The notes: generated by a model not told the origin, from the sequence alone. A stretch of DNA of 64,000 bases from Bacteroidales bacterium (GCA_035258345.1 DATEVU010000134.1:340-64339), one strand, 5' to 3'; shown: positions 39,286 to 49,210, numbered from the stretch's first letter. Translations and numbers: made by a program.

Positions 39286-39322
39286 TTTTTGCACAGATTT
39301 TTATTAATCCATTTTTTATAAC

Positions 39323-41476
39323 ATGAAACGATTTTTATTCTTTTTCCTGATCAGCCTGGTGACGTGGGGCACAAATCTGAAAGCAGATGAGGGAATGTGG
39401 CTGCTTCCTTTGATCGAGAAGCTAAATATCGACACCATGCATGCGCTTGGCCTGAAATTAAGTGCGGAGGATATTTACAGCATAAACCACAGCAGCCTGA
39501 AAGATGCCATAGTGATGTTCGACGCAGGCTGTACCGGTGAGATCGTTTCGGAAGAAGGACTCTTGCTGACCAATCATCATTGTGGTTACGATGCTATTCA
39601 AAACCACAGTACCGTGGAGCAAAATTACCTCAGGGACGGATTCTGGGCCGGGAATCATGGTGAAGAATTAACCAATCCCGGCATGACGGTGACGTTCCTG
39701 ATACGAATTGAGGATGTTACCGACACGGTGCTGTCGGGATTACAAGATACCATGTCAGAAAGCAACAGGATCCAGAAAATTGCCGAGATCACCACCTCAA
39801 TCTGCAGGGATGCCTCTGCAGGCACCCATTACGAGGCCGTGGTTGAGTCATTTTTCGGCGGCAATAATTTCTATTTGTTCGTATACGAGATATTCAATGA
39901 TATCAGGCTGGTAGGGGCTCCTCCGACTTCCATTGGAAAATTCGGGCATGATACCGATAACTGGATGTGGCCGAGACATACGGGCGATTTCAGTGTATTC
40001 AGGGTTTACAGCAACAAGGATGGGAAACCGGCAGCATTCTCCTCCGGCAATATTCCGCTTAAACCGAAGCACGTTCTTCCGGTTTCACTCAAGGGTGTAC
40101 AAAACGACGATTTCACTATGATCATGGGATATCCCGGATCTACCGACCGGTATCTTACCTCCTGGGAAATTTATGAAATGCTTAACATCACCAATCCCAA
40201 CAGGATAAAGATTCGTGGTTTGCGTCAGGATATTTTGCTCGAAGACATGGCTGAGAATGAGAAAATTAACATTCAGTATGCTTCAAAGTATTCTATTTCC
40301 TCCAACTACTGGAAATATTCCATAGGTCAGAACCAGGGGCTGAAAAGACTGAATATACTCAGACAAAAAGAAGATCAGGAGATGGAATTTACCAACTGGG
40401 TAAACGGAGATGAACAGCGAAAGCAAAAATACGGTGATGCGCTCGACATGATAAAGAAATCGGTGCAGGGACGTGAGGAATTTCAACATATGTTGCAATA
40501 TGCCTATGAAACTTTTTTTTCAGCATCAGAGATAACAGCTTTTGCAAACAAGGCAACCTACCTGTATGTTACCTTGCTCAGGGAACCCGGAAACCGTGAT
40601 CTCACGGATTCTCTGACCACACTGCTCCGGAATAACTGGGAGGCTTTCTACAGCGAATACAGCGTTTCCACCGATCGCAAAGTTGTACCTGCTGTTATGC
40701 GACTTTTCAGTGAAAATGTGCCGGCTGAGTTCCATCCGGCTTTTTTTGAAACCGTAAGGTCCAGGTATAATGGTGATTTTGAGAGGTATGCACAGGATAT
40801 GTTCGATAAATCTATTTTTGCCAATCGCGAAAAAATGGAAAACTTCCTGAGGCAACCCGCATCCAGGATACTGGAAAAAGATCCGGCATTTTCCGCCGCC
40901 CGCTCATCACTGGATATATACAGGATCGCCTACCTGGGACTTACCTCCTTTGATGAACAATATGAAAAGGGGCACAGGCTGTATGTGGCGGGTCTGATGG
41001 AAATGGACAGCGATAAGGTGTTTTATCCCGATGCCAATTCAACCATGCGGTTGAGCTATGGTACGGTAAAGGATTATTGTCCGCTGGATGCGGTTCATTA
41101 TGACTATTTTACAACGCTGGACGGCGTGATGGAAAAGGAAGATCCTGACAACCGGGAATTTGTGGTACCGGAAAAACTAAAGGAACTTTATGCGACCAGG
41201 GATTACGGACAATATGGTTCAGATGGAAAAATGCCTACCTGCTTTATCACCACCAATGATATAACAGGGGGAAATTCAGGCAGCCCGGTTATTGATAGTG
41301 AGGGGAACCTGCTGGGACTTGCATTTGACGGTAACTGGGAAGCCATGAGCGGTGATGTGGTTTTTGAACCTGCCGTGCAGCGGTGCATTTGTGTCGACAT
41401 CCGTTATATCCTGTTTATTATGGATAAATTTGCCGGTGCCAGTCATCTGATCAATGAAATGAAGATCGTCAGGTAA
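39323..41476 (+). CDS. S46-family dipeptidyl-peptidase (DPP7/DPP11-like)
   Basis: 717 aa. Signal peptide, then DEGMWL; TNHHCG (His); GGNSGSPVIDSEGNLLGLAFDGNWE (Ser). Confidence 0.92.
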   Translation: MKRFLFFFLISLVTWGTNLKADEGMWLLPLIEKLNIDTMHALGLKLSAEDIYSINHSSLKDAIVMFDAGCTGEIVSEEGLLLTNHHCGYDAIQNHSTVEQNYLRDGFWAGNHGEELTNPGMTVTFLIRIEDVTDTVLSGLQDTMSESNRIQKIAEITTSICRDASAGTHYEAVVESFFGGNNFYLFVYEIFNDIRLVGAPPTSIGKFGHDTDNWMWPRHTGDFSVFRVYSNKDGKPAAFSSGNIPLKPKHVLPVSLKGVQNDDFTMIMGYPGSTDRYLTSWEIYEMLNITNPNRIKIRGLRQDILLEDMAENEKINIQYASKYSISSNYWKYSIGQNQGLKRLNILRQKEDQEMEFTNWVNGDEQRKQKYGDALDMIKKSVQGREEFQHMLQYAYETFFSASEITAFANKATYLYVTLLREPGNRDLTDSLTTLLRNNWEAFYSEYSVSTDRKVVPAVMRLFSENVPAEFHPAFFETVRSRYNGDFERYAQDMFDKSIFANREKMENFLRQPASRILEKDPAFSAARSSLDIYRIAYLGLTSFDEQYEKGHRLYVAGLMEMDSDKVFYPDANSTMRLSYGTVKDYCPLDAVHYDYFTTLDGVMEKEDPDNREFVVPEKLKELYATRDYGQYGSDGKMPTCFITTNDITGGNSGSPVIDSEGNLLGLAFDGNWEAMSGDVVFEPAVQRCICVDIRYILFIMDKFAGASHLINEMKIVR

Positions 41477-41510
41477 ATTATTATTAACTTTTTTTTTAAT
41501 CGGTTGAATT

Positions 41511-42095
41511 ATGCAGGTCAGAATCCTCGATATCATTTCCGTGTTTATGGTGCTGTTTGCCGTGATCGATATTACAGGTGCCATTCCCTATATTCTGGAA
41601 CTAAAAAGGAAATCCGGTGATATTGAAGCCGGGAAAGCAACATTGGTTGCCTATTTTATTCTGGTTCTTTTCCTGTTCATCGGAGAACCATTTCTTAAAT
41701 TATTCGGAGTTGATATCAATTCTTTTGCTATTGCAGGATCATTTGTACTGTTGTTCCTGGGATTGGAAATGGTGCTTGGAATAGAATTCTTCAAATTTGA
41801 ATCGATAAAACACACTTCCATTTTTCCGCTGGCATTCCCGCTTATTGCCGGCGCCGGCAGTATGACAACCATTATTTCACTGAAAGCCGCATATGATATG
41901 TGGACGATTTTTATTGCCCTGAGTTTGAATATGATCCTGGTTTACTTTGTGTTACGAGCCACCAAAATAGTGGAAAGGATTCTCGGCCCCACCGGAATTC
42001 TTATTCTTACGAAAGTTTTTGGCATAATTCTGCTTGCCATAGCCATCCGGTTGTTTTTATCCAATACCGGAATCAAGTTGCCAAATGCACCATAA
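41511..42095 (+). CDS. MarC-family (UPF0056) integral membrane protein
   Basis: 194 aa with 6 TM segments. FAVIDITGAIPYIL...FPLAFPLIAGAGSMTT. Confidence 0.8.
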   Translation: MQVRILDIISVFMVLFAVIDITGAIPYILELKRKSGDIEAGKATLVAYFILVLFLFIGEPFLKLFGVDINSFAIAGSFVLLFLGLEMVLGIEFFKFESIKHTSIFPLAFPLIAGAGSMTTIISLKAAYDMWTIFIALSLNMILVYFVLRATKIVERILGPTGILILTKVFGIILLAIAIRLFLSNTGIKLPNAP

Positions 42096-42564
42096 GATCA
42101 TTTTATATACCGATGGAGCCGCCAGTGGTAATCCTGGTCCCGGCGGATTTGGGGTTGTGCTGATCTCAGGACGCCACCGGAAGGAGATTTCGCAGGGATA
42201 CCGTCACACCACAAACAACCGCATGGAACTCCTGGCGGTCATTACCGGACTGGAGGCATTGAAAGCCGGGAACTGCGAAGTCACAGTGTACACCGATTCG
42301 AAGTATGTGGCTGATTCTGTTGAGAAACGATGGGTGTTTGCCTGGGAGAAAAAAAAGTTTGCAGGTAAAAAAAACCCGGACCTTTGGAGGCGTTTTCTTG
42401 CCATTTACAGGAAGCACCAGGTAAGGTTTGTTTGGATCAAAGGTCATGCTGATATACCTGAAAATGAGCGGTGTGACAGGCTTGCGGTTGAAGCCTCCCT
42501 GAAACCCGACCTGCCCGAAGATGAGGGATATTCCGGCAATGGATCAACACAGGCAATTCCATAG
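42085..42564 (+). CDS. rnhA: Ribonuclease HI
   Basis: 159 aa. ILYTDGAASGNPGPGGFGVVL...NNRMELLAVITGLEAL...VYTDSKYV...WIKGHADIPENERCDRLA. Confidence 0.95.
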   Translation: MHHKIILYTDGAASGNPGPGGFGVVLISGRHRKEISQGYRHTTNNRMELLAVITGLEALKAGNCEVTVYTDSKYVADSVEKRWVFAWEKKKFAGKKNPDLWRRFLAIYRKHQVRFVWIKGHADIPENERCDRLAVEASLKPDLPEDEGYSGNGSTQAIP

Positions 42565-42672
42565 CCTGTATATAAGTGCAAAGAAAGTTTCCTGATTTGT
42601 AACCATCTGCATTGATAATACGTTCTATTATTTGGCCGGGATAACAGCTGTAAACCGGACCAGATTGAATAT

Positions 42673-43215
42673 ATGATTAAATCCCAACCAGTTTTGGAAA
42701 ATAAAAAGATTATTGATTTTAGTGGCACCATTCAATATGAGACCATTGGTGAATTAATTCATTTATTTAAAAATCAGGTTCATACACTGGGTGTTCAGAC
42801 TGGAACTTATAAAAAATTACTGCTTGTTATGATCGAGTCGCTTGAAAACATCATGAAATACAGTGAATGTCCGGCCGTTACTGCGGAAACCGGAAAGACT
42901 TTTTTTCCGGATTTCTCCATCCGGAAAGACATGAACAGGTATATTATTTCTTCATCAAACCCCATGCAGAAGCAAAATATTTCCCCCCTGGAAAAAAAAC
43001 TGAACCATCTGAACACGATGAATCAGCAGGATTTAAAAAATTTCTACAAGGAAACAATTACCAACGGACAATTCACAGAATATGGAGGTGCCGGGCTGGG
43101 ACTGATTGAGATGGCAAAAATTTCGGGTAAACGGATGGAATATCAATTCCTGCCAATAGATGATCTCTATGCCCGTTTTAGCCTGATGATTACAATTGAT
43201 GATGGTTCTTCCTGA
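42673..43215 (+). CDS. GHKL-ATPase-fold SiaB-like / anti-sigma-type protein kinase (DUF6272-like)
   Basis: 180 aa. N-box-like ESLENIMKYS and G-box GGAGLGLIEMAK. No SiaA, SiaC or STAS partner is visible nearby. Confidence 0.55.
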   Translation: MIKSQPVLENKKIIDFSGTIQYETIGELIHLFKNQVHTLGVQTGTYKKLLLVMIESLENIMKYSECPAVTAETGKTFFPDFSIRKDMNRYIISSSNPMQKQNISPLEKKLNHLNTMNQQDLKNFYKETITNGQFTEYGGAGLGLIEMAKISGKRMEYQFLPIDDLYARFSLMITIDDGSS

Positions 43216-43232
43216 CGGTAAGGATCAATCCA

Positions 43233-43640
43233 TTATCTCACCGCAATTTTGTTGTCGCGAAGCACGATATTCCATTCCACGAGTACGTTCAGGGCATGCT
43301 TTAGTTCACGGCGGCAATCATCTTCTGACAGATAATACTTTCTGGAAAATGTATCCAGGATAAACTCCATACGCTGTTTGCGATACGCAGCCATCAGAAG
43401 ATCAGCATAAAAATCGGTAAATTCATGCCTTATATCCTGTCCTTCCGTGTTCCTGGCAAATACGATCACTTCTCCCGATGACATGCGTTTCAATTTGCAT
43501 TCGGGATTTAGCTTGATAGTACCGGCACTAAATGAATCGCGAGGAGGCACGGCTTTTGCAGGAAATATTAAAACCAACGACAAAAAGAGCATACTTGCGA
43601 TTCTGATGATGCTCAGGTTGTATGTGGAATTGGTTTTCAT
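43233..43640 (-). CDS. Hypothetical exported protein
   Basis: 135 aa. N-terminal signal/TM segment (IIRIASMLFLSLVLIFPAKA). The C-terminal roughly 90 aa loosely resemble a PqqD/RRE-type winged helix by eye (very tentative). Confidence 0.45.
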   Translation of the reverse strand: MKTNSTYNLSIIRIASMLFLSLVLIFPAKAVPPRDSFSAGTIKLNPECKLKRMSSGEVIVFARNTEGQDIRHEFTDFYADLLMAAYRKQRMEFILDTFSRKYYLSEDDCRRELKHALNVLVEWNIVLRDNKIAVR

Positions 43641-43846
43641 AAGGTATGTTTTATAAGAAGAACAGTCAATTAGAATAAAGGTTCATATCAATAAGGAAAC
43701 GTATTTTTTTGTGATCTATTGCAGGGTGATATTTGTTACCTGTAAAGGTATGAATATACCTGCATTTAGTCAACTATAATTTTAGGATATTTTGTTGCAA
43801 ATAAACTAAAAATGAAATAGTTTAAACATGAATTTTCAGACTTTAT

Positions 43847-45142
43847 ATGAAGGTGATCATATTACATTATCATTTGAATCCGGGAGGTGTTACACGTATC
43901 GTCGAATCCCAGGTCAAAGGTTTGGAAACTGTTGCCGGTGATATGGAAATCACGATACTCAGCGGACATGAAGGAGCCACCCCTGGTATTTCCGGAGTGT
44001 CTGCCGGGGTGCATACTTCCTTGTATTATCAGTTTCCTGAAAGTCAACATATCAACCAGCATGAGGAAAGGCGGATAATTGTTTCCTATATTAAAGGGCA
44101 CCTCTCACCGGATACGATCCTTCACTGTCATAACGCAAACCTGGGGAAGAATCCTGCATTTTCGGCTGCCGTATTTCAACTCGCTGGGGAAGGGTATGGG
44201 ATCGTCAACCATTGCCATGATTTTCCCGAGGACCGTCCGGAAAATTTTGCTTTCCTGGAAAAGGTTATTGCCGGATCGTTTGGAATACGCCTGGAAACAC
44301 TATTGTACCCCAACCTCCCCCGGTATCATTTTATTACCCTGAACAGCTGTGATCATAAACGGATATTGCAGCACGGTGTTCCTGCAGAGCGGATTCACCT
44401 GCTGCCAAATCCTGTTGTAATGCATAAAATGACCGGGAATGGCAAGTACGAAAAGGACAGGTATGATATAACCAGAGCACTTGAACTGGATGCATCAAAA
44501 AAAATCTGCACCTATCCGGTAAGGGCTATCAGGCGTAAGAATATCGGGGAATTTTTGCTGCTGGCAGCTGTTTTTGAAAAGCAAGCCAGTTTTATTCTTA
44601 CACAACCACCTAAAAATCCCGCTGAATTGCCCGGGTATGCAAGGTGGAAGTACTTTAGTAAATTAATCGGACTTGATGTGAAATATGAAGCCGGAGAAGC
44701 CGTTAATCATGAAATGCTGATCCGTGTATCTGATTTTTGCATTACCACAAGTTACCGCGAAGGTTTTGGCATGACTTACCTCGAACCCTGGATCACAGGT
44801 ACCCCCGTGATCGGAAGGAACCTGGAGTGCATTACAGAAGACCTGAAACAGTTTGGTCTTGTTTTTCCGGGACTTTACAGCGCAATTTGGATAAAAACAC
44901 ATTCAGGATTTACTGATTTCAAGGATCTTACACCTGAAGAGCAGGAAAAGCAAATAGCCGCCGTAAAAGAAAATCCGGTCGAATGCAACAGGCTGCTGTC
45001 GGATAATCCGTTCCTGAACTCCCTGCTTGCACCGGTCTCCCCAGAAATCATTAACAAAAACAGGGGTATCATTGAAAAAAAATTTACGGTAAAGAAATAT
45101 GGAGAAAAATTATTTGCAATATATAAAGCAATTTCTGGCTGA
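43847..45142 (+). CDS. GT-B fold retaining-type glycosyltransferase (GT4-like), paralogue 1
   Basis: 431 aa. MKVIILHYHLNPGGVTRIVESQ; HCHDFPEDRPENF; EX7E motif EGFGMTYLE followed by GTPVIG. Confidence 0.75.
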   Translation: MKVIILHYHLNPGGVTRIVESQVKGLETVAGDMEITILSGHEGATPGISGVSAGVHTSLYYQFPESQHINQHEERRIIVSYIKGHLSPDTILHCHNANLGKNPAFSAAVFQLAGEGYGIVNHCHDFPEDRPENFAFLEKVIAGSFGIRLETLLYPNLPRYHFITLNSCDHKRILQHGVPAERIHLLPNPVVMHKMTGNGKYEKDRYDITRALELDASKKICTYPVRAIRRKNIGEFLLLAAVFEKQASFILTQPPKNPAELPGYARWKYFSKLIGLDVKYEAGEAVNHEMLIRVSDFCITTSYREGFGMTYLEPWITGTPVIGRNLECITEDLKQFGLVFPGLYSAIWIKTHSGFTDFKDLTPEEQEKQIAAVKENPVECNRLLSDNPFLNSLLAPVSPEIINKNRGIIEKKFTVKKYGEKLFAIYKAISG

Positions 45143-46019
45143 TGTTCCGGAAATGAAACCGCTTCCCACCTTGCTGAAACCCTTTGTAAAGAAGGATACT
45201 CTCATTAGGGCAGTATTTTTTGACGTTTACGGAACCTTGCTGATCTCGGCATCGGGAGACATCGATGAGTCGGTGATCTCGACTGAGAACCTGAAGAGCG
45301 CCTTTGATGCCGCGGGTATCAGGCTTGTTGATTACAACCATGATCCCAGGCAGGTGCTCTCTGAAATTCTGGAGGAATTCAAACAGGCGATAAGAAATTT
45401 TCACAATATCCGGAAAACCGAGGATCTGCCTTATCCCGAAGTGGATATCCTGAAGGTATGGGGTGAGATACTGGCTGGCAATCAGCAACGAAACAGGGTA
45501 TATCTAAACGGTCCGCCTTGCATCAGCTGCTTTGTTTTTGTTTTTGAAGTGCTGAGCAACAGGATATATCCAATGCCGGGAATGAAGGAGGTTATAAACC
45601 ACCTTGCCGGTAACGGGTATCCGCTGGGCATCATTTCCAATGCACAGTTTTATACCCCGGTTATCCTGAACTTTTTTATGCATGACAACATTGAAGAATC
45701 CGATGTTGTGGTTCCTTTTGATCCTGATCTGACCGTGTTTTCATATAAGCACATGCGATCAAAGCCGGATTCCATGCTTTTTGATCTGCCAAAAAAAATA
45801 TGTATACAAAAATTCGGTATTTATCCCGACGAGGTATTGTTCGTTGGCAATGATATGTTCCGGGATGTTTATCCGGCCCGCCTGGCAGGATTTAAAACTG
45901 CCTTGTTTGCAGGGGACGCAAAATCGCTGAGGTTAAGACAGGACAAACCCGAATTGAAAAAGATCGTGCCGGATTATATCATTACCGATCTGCGACAACT
46001 CCTTAACATTATGGAATAA
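45099..46019 (+). CDS. HAD-superfamily hydrolase with a haloacid-dehalogenase-type motif I (DxYGT)
   Basis: 306 aa. Motif I FFDVYGTLL, motif II IISNAQ, motif III K in SKPD, motif IV GNDMFRD. The ATG at 45099 overlaps the upstream gene by 44 nt. An alternative ATG at 45153 lies 11 nt past that gene's stop. Confidence 0.75.
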   Translation: MEKNYLQYIKQFLADVPEMKPLPTLLKPFVKKDTLIRAVFFDVYGTLLISASGDIDESVISTENLKSAFDAAGIRLVDYNHDPRQVLSEILEEFKQAIRNFHNIRKTEDLPYPEVDILKVWGEILAGNQQRNRVYLNGPPCISCFVFVFEVLSNRIYPMPGMKEVINHLAGNGYPLGIISNAQFYTPVILNFFMHDNIEESDVVVPFDPDLTVFSYKHMRSKPDSMLFDLPKKICIQKFGIYPDEVLFVGNDMFRDVYPARLAGFKTALFAGDAKSLRLRQDKPELKKIVPDYIITDLRQLLNIME

Positions 46020-47467
46020 TGGATATATCACACCTCAATTACGGTATAATACATTCGCTGATTGGCAAAAACGATGGTGTTTCTATCGTGATCGACCAAT
46101 CGGTGAATGCCATGGTCAAGGATTTTGGAATACCGCTGGGCAATATCTATTTTCTGGGCGCTCATTCATCACCCCGGTTCAATGCTGAAACCCACGAAAT
46201 TTTCTGGCATAAGAACGAAGCCCATAAAACCATAATCCGGAAGTTCAATGAACCCGCAGATGAGTCATTGGACAAGCTTATCCATGAAAGCGCGCTGGTG
46301 GCGAAAGAAATCATCGCCGATTTTGTTAAACGCAACAACATTGATATTATTTTCGCACACAATATTTCACATCCTTACAATTTCATCACGGCTGTAGGCC
46401 TTGGATATTATATCGAAGAATTACGCCGGCAACGTATTATATGGCCGAAAGTGCTGGTATGGTGGCATGATTCTTATTTTGAACGGGAGCAGTTTTCACA
46501 TCCCAACGTGATCATTCAGAAATACCTGAAGTACCTGCCCGGAATTAATGTCGACGGAATTGTCTTCATAAATTCCTCCCAACCGGAACTGGCAAAACGG
46601 GTATTTGAGCATTACGGGGTAGAAAGGCTGGATGAATATTTCCGTGATCGTACTGTGATCATCCCCAATACCCATGATATAACCTGGGATTGGAAGGAGC
46701 GAGACTGGAATGGAAATTCCCTGATCTATCCCAGGCAAGACAGTTACAATCAGTCGTTTTTCAAGGATATCGGCCTTGCAGAAATGGTTGAATCCAGGGG
46801 CTATACCGTGGATGATACCGTGATCTTGTTGCAGCATACCCGAATTGTACCCCGGAAGAAAATTGAACTCGCCATAGACCTGGCTTTTGAGTTGCTCGGT
46901 AAATTTCAGCAGGAAAAACTTAATAAGTGCATCGCCTTGCTGATAAGCGGACACTCCGGTGATGAACAGGCAAAATACAAGGAATTTCTGGCGGAGTATT
47001 TCCATATGAAAAAAGAAGCTGCACCTTCTGCCCCGGTATTTATGATATTTGGTGAAAACCATATCCTTTCTCATCGTGATATCATTGTGGATAAGAAATA
47101 CTACAATTTTTTTGAGATACCTTCCATTATAGCAGCTCACGGTGGGATCGGCACATATTTCAGTGAGGTTGAAGGGTTTGGAAATAATCTGCTGGAGATA
47201 CTGGCTGCCGGGTTACCGGCAATTATTAATAAATACAGTGTATATAAAACCGATCTGGAGCCCCTTGGATTTGATCTGCCTTTTACCGAGGACAATATCC
47301 TCGACCCTTCCCTGATCGATACAACCTTTAGGCTGGCTGCTGATATCCGCTATCGGAACAAACTGGTGAGACATAATCTGAGCATTCTGTCGGAAATGCT
47401 GGCACACCGTATCATAGCCGAATCGCTTGCACCATTGATCAATAATATTTTCACCAGGGGTCTATAA
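46019..47467 (+). CDS. GT-B fold retaining-type glycosyltransferase (GT4-like), paralogue 2
   Basis: 482 aa. GIIHSLIGKNDGVSIVIDQS; WWHDSYFEREQF; EX7E motif EGFGNNLLE followed by GLPAII. Its start shares 1 nt with the upstream stop (TAATG). Confidence 0.75.
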   Translation: MDISHLNYGIIHSLIGKNDGVSIVIDQSVNAMVKDFGIPLGNIYFLGAHSSPRFNAETHEIFWHKNEAHKTIIRKFNEPADESLDKLIHESALVAKEIIADFVKRNNIDIIFAHNISHPYNFITAVGLGYYIEELRRQRIIWPKVLVWWHDSYFEREQFSHPNVIIQKYLKYLPGINVDGIVFINSSQPELAKRVFEHYGVERLDEYFRDRTVIIPNTHDITWDWKERDWNGNSLIYPRQDSYNQSFFKDIGLAEMVESRGYTVDDTVILLQHTRIVPRKKIELAIDLAFELLGKFQQEKLNKCIALLISGHSGDEQAKYKEFLAEYFHMKKEAAPSAPVFMIFGENHILSHRDIIVDKKYYNFFEIPSIIAAHGGIGTYFSEVEGFGNNLLEILAAGLPAIINKYSVYKTDLEPLGFDLPFTEDNILDPSLIDTTFRLAADIRYRNKLVRHNLSILSEMLAHRIIAESLAPLINNIFTRGL

Positions 47468-47485
47468 TGATATTAACCGCGGAGT

Positions 47486-49210
47486 ATGCAGCGCATGCAG
47501 AAGAATTCAGGCGATATTGGGTACGATGACTTTCCGGGTAGGATTGCCCGGCATTTGCAGGTCATTTATAAATCGGATTTCAGTGAAAGTACGGTTAACC
47601 GGATACTGGGAATAACAGGCAGGCATTACCCGGCTGTTTCGCCATGGGATGAAAAGGATGTTGTACTGATCACCTACGGGAACTCGTTTTTATTGCCAGG
47701 GGAAAGACCTTTGAAAACTCTGCACCGTTTCCTGTCCGCGAAACTCAATGATATTATCTCCTGTGTTCACATTTTGCCTTTTTTCCCCTGCACATCCGAT
47801 GACGGATTTGCTGTGAGCGATTTCTCTGCGGTTAACCCGGAGCTCGGCACCTGGGAAGATGTTACCGAAATCGGAAAGAAATTCAGCCTGATTTTTGACC
47901 TGGTGATCAACCATGTTTCAGCCAGCCATTCCTGGTTCAGGGGATTTCTATCGGGTAAGATGCCCTGGAGCCATTATTTTATTGAAGCAGACCCTATGGC
48001 CGATTACAGTAAGGTTACAAGACCCAGAAGCACACCCTTGTTTACTGATTTTGTGACAAAAAACGGGAAGAGATCCATCTGGACCACTTTCAGTGCGGAT
48101 CAGGTTGATCTGAATTTCTCGAATCCTGAGGTTTTGCTGGAAATGATCGCTGTACTGTGTGATTATATCGCACGGGGCGCCAGGATTATCAGGCTTGATG
48201 CCATCGCTTTCCTGTGGAAAGAAAAAAACACAACCTGTCTTCACCTCCCCGAGACACATGAGATTGTTAAATTGCTTCGCGATATTGCCACTTTTATAAG
48301 ACCCGGTGTAATTGTACTTACCGAGACAAATGTTCCCAATAAAGAAAACTGGAGTTATTTCGGAAATGGTGATGAAGCGCATATGGTATATCAATTCAGT
48401 CTTCCTCCATTGCTGCTGCACGCGTTATTTTCAGGCACGTCAACCTATCTGACCAACTGGGCATCGGAAATACCAGGGACCGGAAAGGAACAGACTTTCC
48501 TGAACTATACAGCGTCACACGATGGTATCGGTGTTCGTCCACTCGAAGGAATCCTGCCGGATGCCGAACTGAGATCACTCCTTGCCGGAATGACCGGCTT
48601 AGGCGGCAGGATCAGCCAGAAACGTAACCCGGACGGATCAGACAGCCCGTATGAGATCAATATTACCTACCTGGATGCCATGAAAGGAACAAGATCGGGG
48701 ATTGACGGCCTGCAGGAGCAAAGGTTTATGTGCTCCCAGGCTACCATGATGGCCATGAAGGGTATACCGGCCTTTTACATTCTCAGCTTGCTGGGTACGT
48801 CCAATTATCACGAAGGTTTTGCTGTAACCGGCATTTCCAGGAGCATTAACCGGCGACGTTGGAATGAGACAGAGATCAACGGGTTGTTGTCCGAAGATAC
48901 CCCTCACAAGCGTGTTTTTGAAGCATTAGGAAAACTGATCCTTATCCGGAAACAGTTCATGGCTTTTCATCCCGACAGTCTGCAGGAAATTCTCAGGCCG
49001 GGTGATCCGTTTTTTGCCTTTAAACGGTATGATCCCAAGTCAGGGAATGAAATATTCTGTATATCAAATATGTCTTCGGGAAAAGCAATATTGAGAACCG
49101 ATCAGTTAACCGGTTACACGGCTGGCAACGATTTAATTACATCCGGCAGATGCTTTTCATCACCGGAAGAAATATCCTTTGAACCGTACCAGGTCAGATG
49201 GCTGCTTTAA
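47486..49210 (+). CDS. GH13_18 sucrose-phosphorylase-family sugar phosphorylase, long form (YcjM/glucosylglycerate-phosphorylase-like)
   Basis: 574 aa. HILPFFPCTSDDGFAVSDF; nucleophile region IRLDAIAFLWKE; acid/base LTETNVP; SHDGIGVRP; SPYEINITYLDA. Confidence 0.85.
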   Translation: MQRMQKNSGDIGYDDFPGRIARHLQVIYKSDFSESTVNRILGITGRHYPAVSPWDEKDVVLITYGNSFLLPGERPLKTLHRFLSAKLNDIISCVHILPFFPCTSDDGFAVSDFSAVNPELGTWEDVTEIGKKFSLIFDLVINHVSASHSWFRGFLSGKMPWSHYFIEADPMADYSKVTRPRSTPLFTDFVTKNGKRSIWTTFSADQVDLNFSNPEVLLEMIAVLCDYIARGARIIRLDAIAFLWKEKNTTCLHLPETHEIVKLLRDIATFIRPGVIVLTETNVPNKENWSYFGNGDEAHMVYQFSLPPLLLHALFSGTSTYLTNWASEIPGTGKEQTFLNYTASHDGIGVRPLEGILPDAELRSLLAGMTGLGGRISQKRNPDGSDSPYEINITYLDAMKGTRSGIDGLQEQRFMCSQATMMAMKGIPAFYILSLLGTSNYHEGFAVTGISRSINRRRWNETEINGLLSEDTPHKRVFEALGKLILIRKQFMAFHPDSLQEILRPGDPFFAFKRYDPKSGNEIFCISNMSSGKAILRTDQLTGYTAGNDLITSGRCFSSPEEISFEPYQVRWLL

